A DNA stretch of 64,000 bases, from the NCBI GenBank assembly GCA_963667145.1, contig OY762943.1, positions 337,459 to 401,458 on the forward strand, written 5' to 3'. Position numbers and translations under genes: made by a program. A model generated the notes under the pieces. The model ran no database searches. It saw only the letters and a list, made by a program, of their open reading frames with translations, and was not told the origin of the DNA. This DNA comes from Candidatus Cloacimonadota bacterium (GTDB lineage Bacteria; Cloacimonadota; Cloacimonadia; G963667145). Within the stretch, counting starts at the first letter, position 1; the number at the start of each line of letters is the position of its first letter. Below are positions 58,125-64,000 of this stretch, in pieces.

Positions 58125-59540
58125 TCAATTCTTCAACATCTTTGCGAGTAAACTGTTAGCAATTTTGGGATTTACCTGCCCCTTGGAAACTTTCATCAAC
58201 TGACCAACAAAGAACCCAAACAACTTGTCTTTGCCCGAACGATATTGCTGCAATTGCTCAGGATTAGAAGCAAATATTTGCTCTATCATCCGGCTAATAG
58301 CTTTCTCATCAGAAATCTGCACAAGCCCCAACTCGCGAACAATCTTCTTAGGAGAACGAGGATTTTCCGTGAGTTCGCCAAAAACTTCTTTCGCCATCTT
58401 GGAGCTAAGCTCATCAGAAGCAACCAAATCTGCCAACTCCCCCATCATCTCAGCTGTAACCAAACAATCTTGAATTTCGAGTTCCTCTTTATTCAGAAAA
58501 GCTAAAAGCTCAGCTTGTATCAAATTGGAAACCGTCTTTGCGTCCCCACTCAAACAAGCCTTTTCGTAATAAGTAGCGATATGCTCCGTCTCCGTGAGAA
58601 CAACGGCATCCTGCATGGTGATGCTGTATTGCTCCACGAACCTTTTCCGCTTGGCATCTGGCAACTCAACCAACTGCTTTTTCAAACTTTCAATGTGTTC
58701 ATCAGGAATAGAAATCAGCGGAATATCAGGCTCGTTGAAATAGCGATAATCACTACTGCCTTCCTTAATTCGCATAATCGACAAATTCATCGTTGCTGGA
58801 TTTAAGGTCTTGGTCGCTTGCAAAATTCTTTCGCCATTTTTGAGAGCTTCTTTTTGAATTTCAGTTTCAATTTCTATAGCTTTTTGCACATTTTTAAAAG
58901 AATTCAAATTCTTGATTTCCACTTTTGTTCCGAGCTCATCCGTGTCGCTGATAGAGATGTTTACATCGCACCTGAGGGAACCTTGAGCCATATTTCCGTC
59001 GGAAATCCCCAAATAGATGAGTATCTGCTTCAATTTGTGCAAATATTCGTAAGCCTCCTCACCCGAATGCATATCAGGCTTGGAAACTATCTCCAAAAGC
59101 GGAACGCCAGCTCTATTGTAGTCCAAATAACTGCGACCAGACGGCACATAAGACGAATCGTGCATACTTTTTGCAGTATCTTCCTCCATATGAATCCGCT
59201 CAATTCCTATCTTTCTTCCGCTATCCAAAGCCAAAAAACCTTCCGAACAAATCGGCTTGTTACTCTGACTGATTTGATAGCCTTTAGCCAAATCTGGATA
59301 AAAATAGTTTTTTCTGGCAAATTGCACTTTGTTATCAATCTTGCAACCGAGACTAAGCCCGAGAACAATCGCATTGTCTATCAACTTTTTGTTCACTTTG
59401 GGCAAGGCACCTGGCATTCCCAAGCAAACTTGGCAAGCGTTTGAATTTGGCTCACGTCCGAACTCCGTGGAACATCCACAAAAAGCCTTGCTCTTAGTCA
59501 ATAGCTGAGTATGAACCTCCAAGCCTACTGTAACCGTCAC
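58125..59540 (-). CDS. gatB: Asp-tRNA(Asn)/Glu-tRNA(Gln) amidotransferase subunit B
   Basis: MTVTVGLEVHTQL...AFCGCS...NSNACQVCLGMPGALP N-terminus and a C-terminal GatB/YqeY domain. Confidence 0.9.
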   Translation of the reverse strand: MTVTVGLEVHTQLLTKSKAFCGCSTEFGREPNSNACQVCLGMPGALPKVNKKLIDNAIVLGLSLGCKIDNKVQFARKNYFYPDLAKGYQISQSNKPICSEGFLALDSGRKIGIERIHMEEDTAKSMHDSSYVPSGRSYLDYNRAGVPLLEIVSKPDMHSGEEAYEYLHKLKQILIYLGISDGNMAQGSLRCDVNISISDTDELGTKVEIKNLNSFKNVQKAIEIETEIQKEALKNGERILQATKTLNPATMNLSIMRIKEGSSDYRYFNEPDIPLISIPDEHIESLKKQLVELPDAKRKRFVEQYSITMQDAVVLTETEHIATYYEKACLSGDAKTVSNLIQAELLAFLNKEELEIQDCLVTAEMMGELADLVASDELSSKMAKEVFGELTENPRSPKKIVRELGLVQISDEKAISRMIEQIFASNPEQLQQYRSGKDKLFGFFVGQLMKVSKGQVNPKIANSLLAKMLKN

Positions 59541-59562
59541 AGCTCACACCTTGTGCAAACCA

Positions 59563-61035
59563 TCAAAAATACCACTTAACTCCCCCGTAAAATTGCTCGC
59601 CTTTATTCGGATATCCTGAATACTTATTTATCTTACTATCCAGTAAATTAACAAATTTTAAGTTGAAACTAAGCTGCGCGGAGTATTTCCAAACCTGCTC
59701 AAAATTCAGCTTCAATTTATCGTCAATTCCCTCTCCCTTTTCGTTCTTGATAAAATGGTCAATCTCAAAAACAAGAGTAGAAACGAATTTCTCAAACTGC
59801 GTATGCGATACGGAAACCTTAGCAATTCCACCCGCTTCATATGGAATGTAGTCTTTGCTTCTATTCACAACAATTGCTCTGTTATAAGACGCTGATAAAT
59901 CAAAAGTTCTGTACTTATATTCAGAAGTAACACCAGAGTTATTAAGCAAAAAGTCTCCATCCTTGGCGATATAATCTTTGTCGGATTTACCCTGATTATA
60001 ATAAATGTGGTTCATTTTGTAGCTAAGATTGCTGTACGCCACCAAATATCTTTTGTAACCCAATTTCAAGTTGAAATCAAGGGGCGTGAGTTCCTGTTGC
60101 ACCTCAAAATCGGCATTTTGTGCGTAGTTATCAGCAAGCAAATCGTAATAGGTCAGCTTGGAAACACTCGGATTGTTCTCCAGAGAAAAATAAATCTTCC
60201 CAGGCAAAAAGTACAAAGCGGAAAAAACAACAGACGGCATAAAATCGTCATCAGACAGCCCCATCCACAAATCTATGTTGTAAAATCCCCATTTGTTAAA
60301 CTCTTTTCTGGCATCGAGTTCCGCATTAAACTTTTGATTGAAATAGAAAAAATCCGCATCAATAGCAACATCGCGATAAGTTCCCTTGGGATTTACGCTG
60401 AAATTCACATAATCCTTGGTCAACGACTTGCCATAATAGTCCTGATTTATGTTCTCCGTGATAAAAGAAAAGCCAACACTCTGCAAAATGCTATCGGAGA
60501 CAGACAAATTGAAACAAATCTCACCCTTGGAAACATCTGTGGCAAGAGAATCTGCCTTAGCATCCAACCTGTCAAATCGGAAATTCAACTTCGATTTATC
60601 CAAATACGGAGTCCACAAAAAAGATTGCCCGAAGCTATACCAGTCTTCATCATGCAAGTAGTTTTTAGATTCAAACTCAAAATTTAAAATTTTCTTCACA
60701 GGGTGATGATAGACGCCTTTCAAATTCAGACGATGTCCGTAACCAAGCCACAAATCCAAAAATCCTTGCTTGGCAATAGCAGAAGCGTTATCAATCTCGG
60801 GGAAAAGCTCAAGATTTTGGAGTTCGGCATCGAAATCCACATCTCCTTCAATCTGCCACTGTTCGGACAAATCGTCATCAAAACGGAATTCGTCCTTTTG
60901 TTGTAGCTTGTCTTTTCCTTCAATAGTAACTGAGGGTAAATCCAAATTATCGGAATCTACCCCCAAAAGTAAACACGGAAAAATCAAAATTGCTATAAAA
61001 AATATTTTGATTTTGTTCAATTTAACATCCGCCAA
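59563..61035 (-). CDS. hypothetical outer-membrane protein (putative beta-barrel)
   Basis: Signal peptide, alternating amphipathic beta-strand-like segments and a C-terminal ...GGVKWYF ending in Phe, typical of a BAM-substrate signature. Confidence 0.45.
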   Translation of the reverse strand: MADVKLNKIKIFFIAILIFPCLLLGVDSDNLDLPSVTIEGKDKLQQKDEFRFDDDLSEQWQIEGDVDFDAELQNLELFPEIDNASAIAKQGFLDLWLGYGHRLNLKGVYHHPVKKILNFEFESKNYLHDEDWYSFGQSFLWTPYLDKSKLNFRFDRLDAKADSLATDVSKGEICFNLSVSDSILQSVGFSFITENINQDYYGKSLTKDYVNFSVNPKGTYRDVAIDADFFYFNQKFNAELDARKEFNKWGFYNIDLWMGLSDDDFMPSVVFSALYFLPGKIYFSLENNPSVSKLTYYDLLADNYAQNADFEVQQELTPLDFNLKLGYKRYLVAYSNLSYKMNHIYYNQGKSDKDYIAKDGDFLLNNSGVTSEYKYRTFDLSASYNRAIVVNRSKDYIPYEAGGIAKVSVSHTQFEKFVSTLVFEIDHFIKNEKGEGIDDKLKLNFEQVWKYSAQLSFNLKFVNLLDSKINKYSGYPNKGEQFYGGVKWYF

Positions 61036-61037
61036 AA

Positions 61038-61970
61038 TTATTTTTTTTTCTTCCTCAAATAGCCTTCAACCAAAATTGGGCTGGCAACAAAAATGGAAGA
61101 ATAGGTACCAATAATCACACCGATTAAGATAGCAAACGAGAAATCATGAATAACAGTACCACCGAACAAATACAACGACAAAACCACCAAAAAGGTTGTA
61201 AGTGAAGTTATCACGGTGCGACTCAAAGTCTCGTTAATACTATGATTTACAACATCTGGAAAGAGCATTCTGGGATTTTTTACCTTGTCCTCTCTGATGC
61301 GAGCAAACACCACAATAGTGTCGTTGAGAGAGTAACCGACCAACATAAGCAAAGCAGCCACTATCTCCAAACTAAATTCCAAATTCAAAAAGGAAAAAAC
61401 TCCAATAGTGATGAAAACATCGTGAGCCAACGCAACAACGGCAGCTGCTCCGTAGGTGAATTTTTTGAATCTCCACCAAATATAAAGGATTATCCCTATC
61501 AAAGCATAAAAAATAGCTTTGAGAGCTTTGCCTTTGAGCTCATCGCCTATCTGAGGACCAACTGTCTCGGAACTTCTAACCAAATCTTCGCTTTTGGAAT
61601 ATTCTGGCAGTTTCTCTTTCAGGATAGCCACAATCTCGCTTTCGATTTCAGCTGCTACTTCGCCCTCGGGAATTTGCACAGACAACAAAAATATGTTTTT
61701 ATCTTTTTGCATAGCAAGTTGTTGCAAACGGGCATTTTCGTATTTGCTCTCAGAAAAAGCGTTTCTAACCTCTTTAAGAGTCAAGGAATTACCATCGCCA
61801 GAACTAAGATTGAGTTCCATAGCCACTCCACCAGTAAAGTCTATTCCATAGCTGGGGCCACCCTTGACAAACAGAGAAACAACACTGGCAATTATCAACA
61901 AAGCAGACAATACGAACATTATCTTTCTCTTGCCTACAAAATCTATTTTGGAATTTTTAAATAATCTCAT
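61038..61970 (-). CDS. secF: protein translocase subunit SecF
   Basis: 310 aa with six TM helices and SecF conserved regions (GIDFTGG). Immediately follows secD. Confidence 0.9.
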   Translation of the reverse strand: MRLFKNSKIDFVGKRKIMFVLSALLIIASVVSLFVKGGPSYGIDFTGGVAMELNLSSGDGNSLTLKEVRNAFSESKYENARLQQLAMQKDKNIFLLSVQIPEGEVAAEIESEIVAILKEKLPEYSKSEDLVRSSETVGPQIGDELKGKALKAIFYALIGIILYIWWRFKKFTYGAAAVVALAHDVFITIGVFSFLNLEFSLEIVAALLMLVGYSLNDTIVVFARIREDKVKNPRMLFPDVVNHSINETLSRTVITSLTTFLVVLSLYLFGGTVIHDFSFAILIGVIIGTYSSIFVASPILVEGYLRKKKK

Positions 61971-61981
61971 AATCTACACCC

Positions 61982-63601
61982 TTAAATACTTAGCTTCTTC
62001 AGAGTTCTATTCTGAATAAATTTTTCGAAGAACAGCTTAACCAAAATCAACGTGGAAAAAAGCGAACCAACAATTCCGATGGACAATGTAACTGCAAACC
62101 CTCTGATAGGACCACTTCCGAATTTATACAAAACAGCCGCTGTGATAAGCGTGGTGATATTTGCATCCATGATAATCCAAAACGCCTTTTGAAATCCTGC
62201 GGAGATAGAAGCGGAAACACTGCGTTCCAAATCCAATTCCTCTCTAATCCTCTCAAAAATCAACACACAGCCATCCACAGCCATACCGATGGTAAGCACA
62301 ATACCTGCAATTCCTGGCATGGTAAGCGTAGCAGAGAACATAGTCAAAGCAGCCAAAATAAACAAAATGTTGGCAACAACTGCAACTATAGACAAAATAC
62401 CTGACAACTTGTAGTAGAAAACCATAAATATAAGAATAACTGCCAATCCCAAAAGACCTGCAAGCAAACCAGCTTTGATGCTGTCAGCACCCAAAGTAGG
62501 TCCAACAGAGCGACGCTCCAAAATGGTAACGGGAGCAGGCAAATTACCAGCACGCAACACAATCACCAAGTTTTGCACCTCTTCCATACTCATATTTCCA
62601 GTTATACTGGCTTTGCCATCCACAATTCGCGAGTTGATGGTCGGAGCCATATACACAACACCGTCCAACACTATCGCAAGTCTCTTGTGCAAATTATCCG
62701 CTGTTATGTTGGCGAATTTCTTTGCACCCTCGGAATCGAACTCCAACGAAACATAAGGAGAATTTGTTTGAATGCCACCTACATCTTGCCCAACTCTAAC
62801 GTCGGCAGATTCCAAATATTTTCCTGATAGTTGAACCTTCTTTTGCAAGAAGAACAGCGGTGTATAGATAGCAATTTCGTTTTCGTCATATTGGGTTTTG
62901 CCCAAATTGAAACTGTATTCTTGTGGCAAAAGTGCCTTAATTTTCTTATCAGCCAAAAGTTTTTTGAACAAATCCAAATTTTCTTGCAGAATGACAAGAC
63001 TGCCGTTTCCGTTATAATTAACCAAAGAGGTAAACAGTTTGGAATATTTATCTTTCTTCTCTTCGGACTTTTCTTTTTCATCGTCCAAAACAGAAGCGGA
63101 AACGTCTTCCTCTTCTTTAACCAATTTCTCGGTTAAATATTGAAATTTCTTATTATTCTTTTGCAAATAAGCGTCAATCTTATCGACAACCTTAGACAAA
63201 TCTTCGGTTTCACCCAATATTTGAAACTCCAAAAGTGCCGTTTTCCCAATGAGTTTTTCCGCTCTTTTGAAATCTTTGACACCCGGCAAACTCACAGCAA
63301 TGCGATTGTCTCCAACTCTCTGAATAGACGGCTCAGTAACGCCAAATTCGTCCACACGATTGCGAATAATCTCCAAAGATGTCTCTACAACGCGATTTTT
63401 TTGCTCTTTGGTAAGGTTCAGATTTTTATCATCAACCCCCAAAACAATTCTCATACCACCCTGCAAATCCAATCCAAGATTGAGTTTTTTGGAAGTAAAT
63501 CCACTTCCAGAAGTAGCGGGGAAAATCAATGGCAACAAATAGTACACGATTGCCAAAACAACCAAGGCTACTACAGTAAATCTAAATTTACCCTTTTTCA
63601 T
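61982..63601 (-). CDS. secD: protein translocase subunit SecD
   Basis: 539 aa with N-terminal TM, large periplasmic domain and a C-terminal 5-TM bundle (LGLDLQGG motif). Confidence 0.9.
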   Translation of the reverse strand: MKKGKFRFTVVALVVLAIVYYLLPLIFPATSGSGFTSKKLNLGLDLQGGMRIVLGVDDKNLNLTKEQKNRVVETSLEIIRNRVDEFGVTEPSIQRVGDNRIAVSLPGVKDFKRAEKLIGKTALLEFQILGETEDLSKVVDKIDAYLQKNNKKFQYLTEKLVKEEEDVSASVLDDEKEKSEEKKDKYSKLFTSLVNYNGNGSLVILQENLDLFKKLLADKKIKALLPQEYSFNLGKTQYDENEIAIYTPLFFLQKKVQLSGKYLESADVRVGQDVGGIQTNSPYVSLEFDSEGAKKFANITADNLHKRLAIVLDGVVYMAPTINSRIVDGKASITGNMSMEEVQNLVIVLRAGNLPAPVTILERRSVGPTLGADSIKAGLLAGLLGLAVILIFMVFYYKLSGILSIVAVVANILFILAALTMFSATLTMPGIAGIVLTIGMAVDGCVLIFERIREELDLERSVSASISAGFQKAFWIIMDANITTLITAAVLYKFGSGPIRGFAVTLSIGIVGSLFSTLILVKLFFEKFIQNRTLKKLSI

Positions 63602-63628
63602 TAAATGTTCTCCTTATAAAAAGAATGC

Positions 63629-64000
63629 TTACTTAAGCTTCCGTTCCAATTCGTTGATTTTTTTTGAAATTCTATTCACTTTAAATTCAATGGCATTTAA
63701 AATCCAGAACTGGAAATGACCGACTTTGCTCTGCAAATGCATCATCCAAATCAACTTGATAGAAACCAAAAACAGACCAATTTCAACTGTTAGAACGCTA
63801 GACCAATTTTCAAAATAAAACATGTTTCTATATAAATCCACCAAAAAAAGAACCAAGACTAAAGAAACAAATACAACAGTAATAATTTTGGAAAAATTGC
63901 CACCTCTTCCACCGATCTGACCTAAGATGTTCCGTAATTTCTCTTTTTCGTTTTTATATGAAGCAAGCTCGTCTAATAATTGTTCGAACTCCTGCTTGGA
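63629..64000 (-). CDS. partial hypothetical membrane/coiled-coil protein (N-terminus beyond window end)
   Basis: The minus-strand frame is open from the window edge to the stop at 63629 (...GGRGGNFSKIITVVFVSLVLVLFLVDLY...ELERKLK). Not YajC-like. Confidence 0.3.
   Translation of the reverse strand, partial: SKQEFEQLLDELASYKNEKEKLRNILGQIGGRGGNFSKIITVVFVSLVLVLFLVDLYRNMFYFENWSSVLTVEIGLFLVSIKLIWMMHLQSKVGHFQFWILNAIEFKVNRISKKINELERKLK

Noticed and set aside
63629-64000. YajC upstream of secD
   Set aside because: The partial ORF does not resemble YajC (no conserved LLIRPQ core). It is left as hypothetical.

Overview
This is an AT-rich bacterial chromosomal segment, mostly tightly packed housekeeping genes. 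Taxonomic assignment is not attempted. Hints are an outer-membrane beta-barrel candidate, PASTA domains, SpoVG, RicT and an archaeal-type ProRS. Recognisable content: (i) a complete riboflavin operon ribD-ribE-ribBA-ribH behind an FMN riboswitch with its terminator, (ii) alr, a PIN-PhoH ATPase and PBP1A, (iii) glyQ, nusB and a Udk-family kinase, (iv) a minus-strand dcw cluster mraZ-rsmH-ftsL-ftsI(PASTA)-murE/murF(fused)-mraY-murD-ftsW-murG that stops after murG, (v) an amidohydrolase, murA, trmL, an orphan NuoF-like flavoprotein homologue, proS, lepB and thrC, (vi) a translationally coupled dapF-GT2-radical SAM/SPASM-relA block followed by a stand-alone PASTA protein and an M24 peptidase, (vii) mfd, an M28 peptidase and an overlapping-gene operon nif3-spoVG-LbH protein-ricT-ABC-F, (viii) moeA with a divergent ModE-like HTH, an M48 protease, gatB, an OMP candidate and secDF. 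The one clearly accessory locus is 48.6-55.2 kb. It holds a 1368-aa secreted protein with seven tandem animal-type C-type lectin domains (EPN/EPD/EPS plus WND motifs) and about 19 cysteine-containing 22-aa leucine-rich repeats. It is flanked on both sides by GC-elevated non-coding DNA, about 1.4 kb on one side and 1.1 kb on the other, built from shared repeat modules. A (GACT)9 tetranucleotide tract lies about 115 bp upstream of its start codon, and a canonical intrinsic terminator lies after its stop. No tRNA, rRNA, CRISPR array, transposase or integrase was recognised.
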